Shown: piece after piece, positions 44,101-54,539 of the stretch
Layout of the letters: every line of letters begins with the position of its first letter
Position numbering within the stretch: the stretch's first letter is position 1
Origin: an uncultured bacterium
Lineage (GTDB): Bacteria > Patescibacteriota > Saccharimonadia > UBA4664
DNA: 64,000 nt
Direction of reading: 5' to 3'
Assembly: GCA_963720265.1 (NCBI GenBank)
Contig: CAVRET010000002.1
Span: 942,069-1,006,068 of the forward strand
Position numbers and translations under genes: made by a program
The notes under the pieces: generated by a model
Seen by the model: only the letters and a program-made list of their open reading frames with translations
What the model was told of the DNA's origin: nothing
Databases searched by the model: none

Positions 44101-45450
44101 CTACCGTGTCGGGATGAACTGGACACTGAGGTCCGAGCCGTTTATTCGATAGTCTCCGTCGTTGATTGACAGGGTGCACGAAGTCTTTTTGAGTGCATGT
44201 ATGCCATTAAACGCTGTCGGAAAGTGCAATTCGGGGAGCTCGGCAACGTGTGCTCCAGTGATTACAACTGCTAGCTTGTCCCCCGCTTCAAAATAAGGTG
44301 CTTTATCTGCAACTGTTTTCTGTAGGACCAAAACCAACTCCAGATGGTTCGTGTACATTTCGACCAATTCACAGTCATGTTGCAAATCGATGATCTGGTC
44401 TCCATTCGGATAGACAACCCGCACACCGTCGTCGGCCAAATTCCAGTCAAATTCTTCGATGTTTAAGCCCATTGACCTTGGTGTCTTAGCTCGGATAATT
44501 GGGTCCGGGTTGCAGCGTTGCAGCGCCCATTTGAAGACGCTTTCCTCGTTTTCGTCTGCCCCGACGGCGATAGATAACTTTTGGGCCTCCAGCAATACTT
44601 CATATAAGTCGGGGGTGGCAAAATAGCCGGCTGTTTCAGCATTTTTGATTATGTCTCCATGCCAAGGATGTTTGGCTCTTAATGCGAACCATTTTTTGAA
44701 CCGGGGCAGCTGGCTGATGTCACCGCGCTCAGCCAGCCCCTGAAACGCCTCAGTTTTCGTAAATCGGTGACGGTCATATGTGCGTTTGATGAGTACATCT
44801 CGGATCTCGACTGAATGGATATCCGAGAAGGGATGTTGTTGACCAATGTGGAAGGTCGCCCAGCTTCTTACTTCCGGGTTTTTATCTTCCGTCAGCTCAA
44901 CTATTCGCCGCATATATTTTAGTTCTAGATTATCGCAGTCAACATCAAGACCGGATGAATATGCCTGAGTCGCCGAAAGGCGAACGTTCGGGTTTTGGTG
45001 AAAGGTCAAATCGTAAATAGCAGGCATCGCGCTGACTCGATAGATATCCCCGAGGGCATCGGCTGCTGCCTCAAGCAATACCACGCTGGATTCTCGCTTA
45101 ATAAATTTCGACAGAAGTTGTGCGATCTTGTCGGCCTCAGCGTCTTCGCCGTCATCGCTGTAATAGCACAGTTGACCAAGCAATGTGAGTGCGAAAAACT
45201 GTTCTGTTAGCAGGCGGCTCCGCAGCAAAGTCTTTGCTCGCTTTAGGGCGCGATTACGGTCTTTCCGAATAAGCTCCATTGGTCGCCAGTAGATGCGCCA
45301 AGTGAGTCTCGGGTATACGGTTGCGTCCTCAGGCAGACGCCTACTAAGCACCGTAAGCAACTGCTGCACCCTGCGATCGAATTGTTGTTGCCCCGGCATG
45401 AAAAAATCATAACAGCTACAATCAGCCGCCAAACGCCGCCCTTGGCCCAT
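44101..45450 (-). CDS. HEAT/PBS-lyase-type repeat protein with an unassigned C-terminal domain.
   Basis: NPNVRLSATQAY and DKNPEVRSWATFHIGQ repeat. It is lower in GC than the flanking genes. Confidence 0.45.
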   Translation of the reverse strand: MGQGRRLAADCSCYDFFMPGQQQFDRRVQQLLTVLSRRLPEDATVYPRLTWRIYWRPMELIRKDRNRALKRAKTLLRSRLLTEQFFALTLLGQLCYYSDDGEDAEADKIAQLLSKFIKRESSVVLLEAAADALGDIYRVSAMPAIYDLTFHQNPNVRLSATQAYSSGLDVDCDNLELKYMRRIVELTEDKNPEVRSWATFHIGQQHPFSDIHSVEIRDVLIKRTYDRHRFTKTEAFQGLAERGDISQLPRFKKWFALRAKHPWHGDIIKNAETAGYFATPDLYEVLLEAQKLSIAVGADENEESVFKWALQRCNPDPIIRAKTPRSMGLNIEEFDWNLADDGVRVVYPNGDQIIDLQHDCELVEMYTNHLELVLVLQKTVADKAPYFEAGDKLAVVITGAHVAELPELHFPTAFNGIHALKKTSCTLSINDGDYRINGSDLSVQFIPTR

Positions 45451-45639
45451 CGCTGGGGTGGCGGAGCGGTTGCGCGAGGTATCAGATTGGCGTTAAATTT
45501 TATGCTTGCATGTTGACAATATATATGTTATCGTCGTATGTAATTGCAGGTGAGGCAATATATGGGTTGTCTCGGATAGTCTTGAGTGAGCGAAGGCATA
45601 TCATCGGGTTGGCTCGACTCGTAATACCAATCTCGAAGA

Positions 45640-46071
45640 GTGCTGAGAGCTATGTTGTTGCGCCTCGCTGGTGCCATTTTAATTATCTGTGTTCTTATGA
45701 CAGTGGTCTTGACGCTCCCTGCTGGCCGTCAAGCGGTTGTGCTTGCCACCACCAAACAGCCTGAACCATTTACCGAGCTGTATTTTAGTAACCCCAACAA
45801 TTTGCCCAAGCTGATAACAGCGCGGGTGGCGGCCCGCTTTAGCTATGAGGTGGTAAACCATGAAGCCCAGACCGAAAACTACCAAGCTGATGTGACTATG
45901 GTTGAAAACGGCCGGTCCAGGTCGCTCGGCAACGCGGAGTTTAGCTTGGCCGATGAACAAAGCGTTACCGAGACGGTTGTGTTTGCCGCAGCTTCGGCGC
46001 ACGAAACCATTGAACTGATCGTGGCGCTGCCTAGTCAAAACGAGACGATCCATTTCTGGAGCCAGTCGTGA
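45640..46071 (+). CDS. Hypothetical membrane-anchored protein (143 aa), the first gene of the glycan locus.
   Basis: It has an N-terminal TM helix. A TTGACA (17 bp) TATGTAAT-like promoter lies at about 45514–45545. Confidence 0.45.
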   Translation: MLRAMLLRLAGAILIICVLMTVVLTLPAGRQAVVLATTKQPEPFTELYFSNPNNLPKLITARVAARFSYEVVNHEAQTENYQADVTMVENGRSRSLGNAEFSLADEQSVTETVVFAAASAHETIELIVALPSQNETIHFWSQS

Positions 46072-47897
46072 AGAAAATCGCTGTTATTATCCCCTGCTAT
46101 AACGAAGAGCTCGCGATTGCCGAGGTGGTGGGCGGATTCCCAACAGCGCGCTTGAAGGCGGCCGGATATAAACTCGACATCATTGTGATTGATAACCGGT
46201 CGAGCGACCGCACGGCTGAGCTGGCACGGGCGGCCGGCGCCAGGGTGGTGTTCGAACCTCGCGGCGGCAAAGGTTTTGCTGTACGTACCGGATTTCAAGC
46301 CGTGACTCCCGACACTGAATTTGTAGTTATGCTCGACGGCGACGGCACCTATCATCCCACGGAAATTATGCGGTTGATTGAGCCGCTGGACTCGGGTTTT
46401 TCAAACGTCGTGATCGGTTCTAGACTGGGGGGTCGGATCTCGGAGAAATCGATGACCGGGTTCAATCGTTTGGGCAACTGGGTGTTTTCGCATTTGGTCC
46501 GCTACTGCTACCGAGTGAATGTGACCGACGTCTTGACCGGCTATTTTGCATGGCGGCGGGAGGTGACGGAAAAACTGCGGCCAAACCTGGTTTCGCGCGG
46601 CTTCGCGATTGAGATGGAAATGATTACCAAAATGGCCCGCTTAGGCGAAGAGATTTTCTCTGTACCGATTAGCTATACCCCGCGCTCGGGCGACGAAACG
46701 CATTTGCGACCAATCGCTGACGGCAGCAGGATTTTGGGAATGTTTTGGCGCAATTTACACTGGCAGCCGGTGGAGCCGCGTCCACAGCGGATTGCATTTG
46801 TGAGTGATGCGGTGTGGCCGTATGCCAAGGGCGGCAAGGAGAAGCGGCTACACGAGATTTCGCGCCGGCTGGTGCGGGCTGACCGCGAGGTTCACATTTA
46901 TACCATGAAGTGGTGGAAGGGGCCGAATGTAATTGTCCGCGAGGGGGTGTTTTTCCACTCTATTAGCCGCTTGCATCCGTTGTACCGCCACCACCGGCGC
47001 TCGATTCGGCAGGCGGTGTGGTTTGGCCTGGCGCCGCTTAAGCTAATGTTCGTGCCGTTTGATATTTTGGATGTTGATTCCATGCCGTTTTTTCCACTAA
47101 TGACGGCCCGGATCGTGACCTGGGTGCGGCGCAAGAAACTGCACGCCACCTGGCACGAGGTGACTTCGCGCGAAACCTGGCGGCAATATCTTGGGGTTGG
47201 CGGTAGAGTCGGTTACGCCGTGGAGCACTTTTCGCAAAGTTTACCAGATGTGATTATTGCCAACTCAGCCCATACCGCCAGCCGGCTGCGCGAGGCCGGG
47301 GCGAAGCAGCCAATTAACACGGTCCCGCTGGGCGTCGATTTTGCTCAGATTTACGCGCTGACGCCGGCTCGCGAACGATACAATGTGTTTTTCGCCGGCC
47401 GCTTACTGGCGCATAAAAACGTTGACGTACTGCTTAAGGCCCTTCAAATTGTGCAGCATACGCAGCCGAAGATCACGGCCAAGATTGTTGGAAGTGGCCC
47501 GGAAGAATTCAGTTTAAAACAACTGACTTACGAGCTTGGCCTAGAGAACGCAGTCACGTTTAGCCCGTTTATTGAAGACCATGATGAACTACTGAGCGAT
47601 ATGAAGGCGAGTGATGTCTTTGTGCTGCCGTCGGTGCGCGAAGGCTTTAGCCTGGTGGTGGTTGAAGCGAACGCCGTGGGTGTGCCGGTCATTACGACCA
47701 ATCATCCCGACAATGCCGCCCGGTACTTGATTATCGAAGGTGCGAACGGTTATACCGTGGAGCCTACGGCTGAGGCGCTGGCCACTAAAATTTTGGCGGT
47801 ATTGGGGTCTGGTGCCGAGCTACAGCCTGCGGCCGCTGTTAAAGAGTATGACTGGAATAGGGTAGCCAGGAGTATCGAGAAAGCTTTCGGAGTGTAG
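46068..47897 (+). CDS. Bifunctional glycosyltransferase: an N-terminal GT2 (Dpm1/GtrB-like) fused to a C-terminal GT4.
   Basis: IIPCYNEELAI, VIDNRSSDRT and MLDGDGTYHP are the GT2 motifs. The C-terminal half carries the GT4 motif pattern with E-x7-E. Confidence 0.7.
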   Translation: MKKIAVIIPCYNEELAIAEVVGGFPTARLKAAGYKLDIIVIDNRSSDRTAELARAAGARVVFEPRGGKGFAVRTGFQAVTPDTEFVVMLDGDGTYHPTEIMRLIEPLDSGFSNVVIGSRLGGRISEKSMTGFNRLGNWVFSHLVRYCYRVNVTDVLTGYFAWRREVTEKLRPNLVSRGFAIEMEMITKMARLGEEIFSVPISYTPRSGDETHLRPIADGSRILGMFWRNLHWQPVEPRPQRIAFVSDAVWPYAKGGKEKRLHEISRRLVRADREVHIYTMKWWKGPNVIVREGVFFHSISRLHPLYRHHRRSIRQAVWFGLAPLKLMFVPFDILDVDSMPFFPLMTARIVTWVRRKKLHATWHEVTSRETWRQYLGVGGRVGYAVEHFSQSLPDVIIANSAHTASRLREAGAKQPINTVPLGVDFAQIYALTPARERYNVFFAGRLLAHKNVDVLLKALQIVQHTQPKITAKIVGSGPEEFSLKQLTYELGLENAVTFSPFIEDHDELLSDMKASDVFVLPSVREGFSLVVVEANAVGVPVITTNHPDNAARYLIIEGANGYTVEPTAEALATKILAVLGSGAELQPAAAVKEYDWNRVARSIEKAFGV

Positions 47898-47901
47898 AGT
47901 T

Positions 47902-50826
47902 GTGTCGTCCGTGTTCGTGACAACTAGTTGGGATGACGGCCATGTACAAGACATCAAAGTAGCGGAGCTCTTGCGGCGCTACGGCATTGCCGGCACTTTC
48001 TATGTGGCGCCTTGGGATCATGAGTTTGATCGTCATGAGCGCATGGACGACAAACAGATTGCGGCTTTGGCTAAGAATTTTGAGATTGGTGCTCACACCA
48101 TGACGCACCCGCGACTGCCGCAGCTGGAGGACGCTACGGCGTATCAAGAGATGGCCGAGTCGCGAGATTATTTGCAGCGGGTAACTAGGCAGGCGGTGAC
48201 GAGCTTTTGCTATCCGGGAGGGGCATATCGCCGCCAACATCGAGCGATGGCGGCCCGGCTCGGTTTTACCTATGCGAGGTCGATCCGGCGGTTTTGGTTC
48301 GGCCGGCCGGACGATGCGCTTGCCGCCGCAACAAGCGTGCACGCGTACCGGCACTGGTCAGACGGGTGGCGTATTTTGCGTTTCGCACGGTTTAATCCGG
48401 TGCGATTTGTGCGCTACCAGTGGTCGTGGGACGCGCTTGCGATTGCAATGTTCGAGCAAACGAAGGCCCGAGGCGGCGTGTTTCATTTGTGGGGGCACTC
48501 GTGGGAAATTGACCGGAACGGCGATTGGGAACGGCTAGAGCATGTCCTGTCACACCTGTCCGGCCAGAAACAGGTCGAGTATGTGGAGAATAAGGCGCTC
48601 GCCCCCAGTAAGCAGCCATCAGTACTGATTACCGCACCCTATTTCTACCCGCACATTGGTGGTTTAGAAAATTACGTTTTGCAGCTTGCGCTCAAGTTTC
48701 AACGCGAGCAGGGTATGCGGGTGGTGGTGGTAACGACCACTGAGCCGGGGCAACGGCCCGGTGTATACGAAGAGCTTGGGCTTACGGTCTACCGCATGCG
48801 GGCGCGCTTTAAGATTGGCAATACCGGCTGGAGCCCCACTTGGGCGCGCCAGTTGCGGCGGATTATTGCTCAGGAGCAGCCGGATATTATTAGCACACAC
48901 GCGCCGGTGCCGGGCATGGCCGAGTCGACGATACTGGCGGCCGGCAAGCGTCCAGTGGCATTAACGTGGCACGCCGGGTCGATGGAAAAGGGCCAGTGGG
49001 CGTTTGATATCGCGGCCTGGGTGTATGAGCGCACGCTACTTACATGGCTTAGGCACCGGTCAGCTGCGGTGATTTGTAATTCTGAATTTGTGCGGGAGAC
49101 GGTGATGGCCGGAGCCGACTTGCCGATCGTGTGGCCGGGCGTGGATCTGGAGCGGTTTATTCCGGCTCCCAAACTTGCTCGCAATACCGTTTTATTTGTG
49201 GGCAATCTCAACCACTCGGACCAGTACAAAGGTGTGAGCCAGATCATTCAGGCGATGGCCGAGCTCAAGAAAGACTTGCCGGAAATTAAACTGATTGTGG
49301 TTGGGGACGGCAATCACCGCGAACTGTACGAGGCCGAAGCGGCTGCGGCAGGCGTCACAGCCACATTTACGGGCGCGTTGCACGGCAATGATTTGGTGAA
49401 CACGTTTCAGTCGGCCACTGTCTACGCATATCCGGTAACAAATGACAGTTACCCTACGACGGTTCTGGAAGCTATGGCTTCGAGTCTACCGGTAATTTCA
49501 ACCCACACCGGCGACATTCCAACTATGGTGCAGGACGGCATCACCGGACGGCTGGTGCGTGACAGGGAGGCGGGGCTGAGCGCGGCACTGCGCGAATACC
49601 TGGGCGATTATAAGCTTGCGCAAAAGCATGGGGCGGCCGGAGCGGTATGGGCGCGCGAGCAAGCTAGCTGGAGTATGCGAGCCAAGACGATGAAGGCGCT
49701 GCTTGAGGCAGCGCTGCAGCCTAAGATCCTGCAGGTCACCCCGTATTACCCGCCGCATGTTGGGGGTATGGAGAACGTGGTAAGGGAACTTTCCGCCGTA
49801 TTGCGCGAGCAAGGGCAGCAGGTTGAGGTTATTACTTCCAAGCTTGGAGCAGGCTCTGGCGCCGCGGCTTACGCCGGCGTTGATGACTCCGCCTATGTAC
49901 GGAGGCTTTTTGCGCTAGATATTTTGCGTACGCCAATTATGCCGGGGCTGTTTTTGAGCATTGTGCGGCAGCCAAAGCGCAGCGTGGTTCATATGCATGT
50001 GGCCCAGGCCCTCGTACCTGAAGTAACGCTTCTCGCCGCTAAATTGCGTGGATTTCCAATTATTGCCCATGTGCATCTGGATGTGGGCGCTTCCGGTGTG
50101 GTGGGCAGGTTAATTTTTGGACCGTATAAGCGCGTGTTCCTGTCACGCGTGCTCAGAGCATGTGACCGCGTGGTGGTGCTGTCAGAAGACCAGCGTGAGC
50201 TGATGATTAGGCTGTACCGGCTCGATTCGTGGCGGGTGCTTGTGATTCCAAATGGTGTGGCCGACCGGTTCTTTATGGACGTGCGCGAGACGGCCCACCA
50301 ACCGCTTAGGCTACTCAACGTCGGGCGGCTGGCCGTGCAAAAACGGCTTGAGCGCATGGTGGAAGCGACAGCCGAATGCGGCGACGCAGTGCAGCTAGAC
50401 CTCGTGGGTGACGGCGAGGAACGGGCTACGCTTGAGGCTAAGGCGTCTGAACTTGCGGCGAGTAATATTGCCTTCCACGGCTACAAATACGGCGATGAGT
50501 TACTCGATTACTATAAGCAAGCCGATGTCTATATCATGACGAGCGACAAAGAGGGGCTGCCCCTCGTGCTGCTTGAAGCCATGGCGGCCGGGCTCCCCGT
50601 GATTGGATCAGATGTCATGGGCATTCGCGAGCATTTGCGCGGGGTCGGCTTGCTTGTGGCTGATTTGACTCCGGCTGGTTTTGCCAAGGCTATTAAGGCT
50701 TTTATCGCGGCCGGTACGGAGGAGTACGCCCGGTTAAGCCGACGTAGCCTTAAGGCTGCCAAGCGGTACTCTTGGAATCTCCTGGCCGAGCGAGTGAACG
50801 CGCTGTACCGAGAGGTGGAGCTGTGA
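47902..50826 (+). CDS. Tripartite enzyme: a polysaccharide deacetylase (CE4/NodB) fused to two GT4 glycosyltransferase modules.
   Basis: TTSWDDGHVQD and HTMTHPRL are NodB motifs. Two successive GT4 cores follow, each with its own EAMA motif. It has a GTG start. Confidence 0.65.
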   Translation: MSSVFVTTSWDDGHVQDIKVAELLRRYGIAGTFYVAPWDHEFDRHERMDDKQIAALAKNFEIGAHTMTHPRLPQLEDATAYQEMAESRDYLQRVTRQAVTSFCYPGGAYRRQHRAMAARLGFTYARSIRRFWFGRPDDALAAATSVHAYRHWSDGWRILRFARFNPVRFVRYQWSWDALAIAMFEQTKARGGVFHLWGHSWEIDRNGDWERLEHVLSHLSGQKQVEYVENKALAPSKQPSVLITAPYFYPHIGGLENYVLQLALKFQREQGMRVVVVTTTEPGQRPGVYEELGLTVYRMRARFKIGNTGWSPTWARQLRRIIAQEQPDIISTHAPVPGMAESTILAAGKRPVALTWHAGSMEKGQWAFDIAAWVYERTLLTWLRHRSAAVICNSEFVRETVMAGADLPIVWPGVDLERFIPAPKLARNTVLFVGNLNHSDQYKGVSQIIQAMAELKKDLPEIKLIVVGDGNHRELYEAEAAAAGVTATFTGALHGNDLVNTFQSATVYAYPVTNDSYPTTVLEAMASSLPVISTHTGDIPTMVQDGITGRLVRDREAGLSAALREYLGDYKLAQKHGAAGAVWAREQASWSMRAKTMKALLEAALQPKILQVTPYYPPHVGGMENVVRELSAVLREQGQQVEVITSKLGAGSGAAAYAGVDDSAYVRRLFALDILRTPIMPGLFLSIVRQPKRSVVHMHVAQALVPEVTLLAAKLRGFPIIAHVHLDVGASGVVGRLIFGPYKRVFLSRVLRACDRVVVLSEDQRELMIRLYRLDSWRVLVIPNGVADRFFMDVRETAHQPLRLLNVGRLAVQKRLERMVEATAECGDAVQLDLVGDGEERATLEAKASELAASNIAFHGYKYGDELLDYYKQADVYIMTSDKEGLPLVLLEAMAAGLPVIGSDVMGIREHLRGVGLLVADLTPAGFAKAIKAFIAAGTEEYARLSRRSLKAAKRYSWNLLAERVNALYREVEL

Positions 50827-53189
50827 AAAGCTTACGTATTCCGGCTTCGGCATTGTGGGCAACCCTAGCCGTTTTGGCGACTTTATTTAATTTGTTTGTT
50901 TTGCATGTGCCGGGCTTTAACGCCTTGAAGATAATCGCCGGCTTTGGCTGGCTCATGGTGCTGCCCGGCTATTTAGTGACGCGCATTTTGAAGCTCAAAT
51001 TTAACAGTTTCTGGGAGAGCTTGTGCTTTTACGTGGGCCTGAGCCTACTCAGTGTGATGCTGGTGGCGCTCATCACCAATACGATTTTGCCCCATTTTGG
51101 CGACCACCAGCCGCTGGCTACCGGAAGCCTGTTGGTTAGTACGTATATCGGATGGTTGGGGCTGGCGATTGCTTCGGTTTGGCGCAATCCGGCAATTGGT
51201 TTGGAGCTTAGAATGCCTAGGGTTTCGGGGCCCGGCTTGCTGGTGGGGCTGACTGGACTCATCTGCACTGCACTGTCCGTTTTTGGCGCAATTTACCTCA
51301 ACAACGGCGGCACCGGACTTATTACCTGGCTTATGTTGGCGCTGGTCGTTGGCGGTCTTGGGGTGCTGGCGGCAAAGCGCAACAAGCTTAGTGAGACCAC
51401 TACTCTAACCGGCCTCTATTTTGCTTCATTGTCGCTGCTTCTTATGACGAGCATGCGAGGCTGGTTTATTACCGGGCATGATGTGCAAAACGAGTTTCAC
51501 GTATTTTCGATTACGCTGGCGCACCTTGATTGGAATATGGCCAATTTCCAGGACGCCTATAACGCATGCCTGAGTATTACGATTTTGCCGACGGTGGTTA
51601 ACCGCATTATGGGTGTTCCGGAGTTGTATGTGTTTAAAACCGTGTTCCAGGCCTTGTTCGCACTAACACCGGTGTTGGTTTATCTCATTGCCAGGCGCTT
51701 TGCCGACCGGCTGGTGGCACTGCTCGCGGCTATCTATTTCATCGCTTTTCCGACCTACTTTACTGATATGCCGATGTTGAACCGTCAGGAAGTGGCGTTT
51801 GTCTTTATGGGTCTCATCCTCTATACGACCTTTAGCGAGGTTTGGACAATGGCACAGCGGCGGTGGCTGATTGCCCTGCTCGGTCTGGGTGTCATTTTGT
51901 CTCATTACACCACCACCTACGTGATGCTCGTCATGTTTGGTTTTGTGGTGGCTGCGCGTTATGTCATCTCAGGCTACCACAAGAGCCTGCTTGCGGTGCT
52001 CAAACGCTTGCCGCAAAAAATATGGATGCAGCGGCTGCGGCGAGCGTCACTGCGGGAATTGCGCCGAAAGATCCCGGTGACAATCACGGTGGAGGTTCTG
52101 GCAGGTTTGCTGGTCGCCACCTTTGTTTGGAGCGTTTGGCTTACCAACACGGGTGGTAACCTGGCTGATGTGCTTGGCCAAACGGTTTCGAGTATTGATC
52201 ACGGGCTTTCAAGCGATTCGAAGTCGAGCGATACGAGCTATAGCATCTTTGGCGGTTCGAAAGAGACTGACCAGCAACGACTGGACCAGTACGTGAGCCA
52301 GACCGTGCCGGAATTGAGGGCCGGTGTGGCGCCGGACGATCGTTATTCTTTGCTGAGCACAGCGGTCCAAGCCGTGGAACCTAGTAATATGGCGCTCACG
52401 ACCATCGGCAGCCTGCTCAGCTCAGTACATTTCCCGGTCGTGACATTTAACGATCTTGTGCGACAGGGCTCAGCCGTGTTTTTGCAGCTGGCATTGCTTG
52501 TAGGTGTCGCGCTCGTGTTTGTGTCAAAGAAGCTGCGCAAGACGCTTTCGCGCGAGTACCGATTGTTCCAGCTAACCTCGCCGTTTTTGCTAGCTACCGT
52601 CGTCATTTTGCCAGTACTGTCAGCGCAGTATGGTTTGCTTAGGGCGTTCCAGCAATCGCTCATGCTGTCCGGAGTCGTCATTGTATGGGCCACGCTCCTC
52701 CTTGTGCCGGCACGTTTTAAGCGTATGCGGGTGTGGGTAGCGACGGGGCTGGCGCTAGGATTTTTGGCGTCATCTACAGGCATGATTACGACCCTGCTCG
52801 GAGGGTATCCGGCTCAGTTGCAACTGGCCAACTCAGGGTCCTACTACGACCTGTATTACGTGCACGGGACGGAAGTCGCGGCAGCTGATTGGCTGGCTAA
52901 CGAGATTGGTACAACCAAACCGGCCACGATTTATGCCAGCGTGCCGGCGACCGGCTACATTCTGAACCAGTTGAGCCAGCAGTCCAATGTGTCGATTCCC
53001 GACGAAGGCGTTTACCCGTCCATCATTCCCCAAGACGCTTTTGTATTTTTGGGCTATACCGCGACCGTCGACGACGAGGCCACGATCTACAGCGACGGTA
53101 ATTTGATTACCTATCGCTTTCCCACTAGTTTTCTCGATACCCACAAAGATCTCATTTACGCCAATAACGGAGCAAGGATTTACCGATGA
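50823..53189 (+). CDS. Large polytopic membrane protein (about 790 aa, at least 13 TM segments) with a C-terminal extracytoplasmic domain. It may be a glycan polymerase or ligase.
   Basis: GTG 50823 overlaps the upstream stop. The hydrophobic N-terminal two-thirds are followed by a soluble tail. Confidence 0.5.
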   Translation: MKSLRIPASALWATLAVLATLFNLFVLHVPGFNALKIIAGFGWLMVLPGYLVTRILKLKFNSFWESLCFYVGLSLLSVMLVALITNTILPHFGDHQPLATGSLLVSTYIGWLGLAIASVWRNPAIGLELRMPRVSGPGLLVGLTGLICTALSVFGAIYLNNGGTGLITWLMLALVVGGLGVLAAKRNKLSETTTLTGLYFASLSLLLMTSMRGWFITGHDVQNEFHVFSITLAHLDWNMANFQDAYNACLSITILPTVVNRIMGVPELYVFKTVFQALFALTPVLVYLIARRFADRLVALLAAIYFIAFPTYFTDMPMLNRQEVAFVFMGLILYTTFSEVWTMAQRRWLIALLGLGVILSHYTTTYVMLVMFGFVVAARYVISGYHKSLLAVLKRLPQKIWMQRLRRASLRELRRKIPVTITVEVLAGLLVATFVWSVWLTNTGGNLADVLGQTVSSIDHGLSSDSKSSDTSYSIFGGSKETDQQRLDQYVSQTVPELRAGVAPDDRYSLLSTAVQAVEPSNMALTTIGSLLSSVHFPVVTFNDLVRQGSAVFLQLALLVGVALVFVSKKLRKTLSREYRLFQLTSPFLLATVVILPVLSAQYGLLRAFQQSLMLSGVVIVWATLLLVPARFKRMRVWVATGLALGFLASSTGMITTLLGGYPAQLQLANSGSYYDLYYVHGTEVAAADWLANEIGTTKPATIYASVPATGYILNQLSQQSNVSIPDEGVYPSIIPQDAFVFLGYTATVDDEATIYSDGNLITYRFPTSFLDTHKDLIYANNGARIYR

Positions 53190-54508
53190 AGATAGTCATC
53201 ACACACGCTTACAGTCTGGAGCAGAAGGGTGATTCAGCCCTCTTGATCGGGACCATTAAGCAACTCACACAAACTTTTACCTCGGCTGACATTACGGCTC
53301 AATTTATGGGCCACGCCAAGCCCGGACAGACGTATCAGGGGGCCAAATTAAATGATTCGCTGGTGTATCTGGCGCTGGTCCCGGACCGGCCGAAGTGGGC
53401 GCGGCCGCTTCATATGGCCTATACCTTAGCGGCGAGCCTCCTGTGGGCCGGCATGAGCCGCCTGAGCCGGCGTAGTCAGAGCTGGTGGCTCGCTGGCGAT
53501 CTGCGCCGCAGCTGTGACGCAATGTATGCGGCTGATCTCATCGTGCCGGTGGCAGGCGGCTATATCGCAGCTAACGGCAGTACGATGTCGACGGTTAACC
53601 TGATCTTTATCTTGCTGCCCCTGTGGGTGGCGCATAGCTTGCGTAAACCCGTCATTCACTACGCCCAGTCGATTGGTCCGCTTGGAAACCGGTTTCAACG
53701 CTGGATGGTGAGGCGCACCCTAAAGAGAGCTCGGCTCGTGATTACGCGCGAAAGCGTCAGCACGGAATTTGCCCGGGGCCTTGGCGTCCAACCAGCCAAG
53801 CTGCGGCAATCGGTGGATGTGGGCTTCTTGTTCCAGCCGGCGGATTTTCCCTTGGAGCAGGCCTTTGATGATGGCGCTGCACCGGATCATATGCGAGCTA
53901 TCGTTGGGGTTACGACCAAGGTGCACTATACCGGTGAGGCGCAAGCCCGGTATGAACGGGAGCTGGCCAAGTTTTGCGACTGGGCCGTAAATGAGAAACA
54001 CATGCAAGTCGTGTTTGTGCCGCAGATTACGTCGCCTGAACTCCGGGTAGATGACCGGACCATTAACCGGCGTATTTACGACCTGATGCGGCATCCCAAA
54101 GGCGCGTTCCTGATTGATCGGAACCTGTCGAACTATGAGACCAAGGCCGTCATTGAGCAGCTCGATTACATGGTGGGTACTCGTTTCCATGGCGTGATCT
54201 TTGCCCTTACCGGGTATGTGCCGTCAATCGCGATCGAATATGAGCACAAGACGCGCGGCATTATGAGCGACCTCGGACTGCTTGACTGGGTCGTGCAGAT
54301 GAAAAGCGTTACGGCAGCCCAGCTTGAGGCGCTGTTTGATCGCCTGATCCCAGCTCGCGAAGACTATGTCGCTCAGCTTCATCGCAATCTGCCGCCTTAC
54401 CTTGCCCAGGCCGACGAAGCTAGAGCGGCGATGGCTAAGGCTTACCAAGCCCATAAGGGTGGGGCTTCTGTGAAGGCTTTAATTGACAAAAGTAACTTAT
54501 ACACGTAA
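53186..54508 (+). CDS. Polysaccharide pyruvyl transferase family protein (CsaB/WcaK-like).
   Basis: MVGTRFHGVIFALTGYVPSIAIEYEHKTRG fits the PS_pyruv_trans core. Its start overlaps the upstream stop. Confidence 0.55.
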   Translation: MKIVITHAYSLEQKGDSALLIGTIKQLTQTFTSADITAQFMGHAKPGQTYQGAKLNDSLVYLALVPDRPKWARPLHMAYTLAASLLWAGMSRLSRRSQSWWLAGDLRRSCDAMYAADLIVPVAGGYIAANGSTMSTVNLIFILLPLWVAHSLRKPVIHYAQSIGPLGNRFQRWMVRRTLKRARLVITRESVSTEFARGLGVQPAKLRQSVDVGFLFQPADFPLEQAFDDGAAPDHMRAIVGVTTKVHYTGEAQARYERELAKFCDWAVNEKHMQVVFVPQITSPELRVDDRTINRRIYDLMRHPKGAFLIDRNLSNYETKAVIEQLDYMVGTRFHGVIFALTGYVPSIAIEYEHKTRGIMSDLGLLDWVVQMKSVTAAQLEALFDRLIPAREDYVAQLHRNLPPYLAQADEARAAMAKAYQAHKGGASVKALIDKSNLYT

Positions 54509-54539
54509 AGTATGTTAATTGCTGTGAGGAATAAATAAC

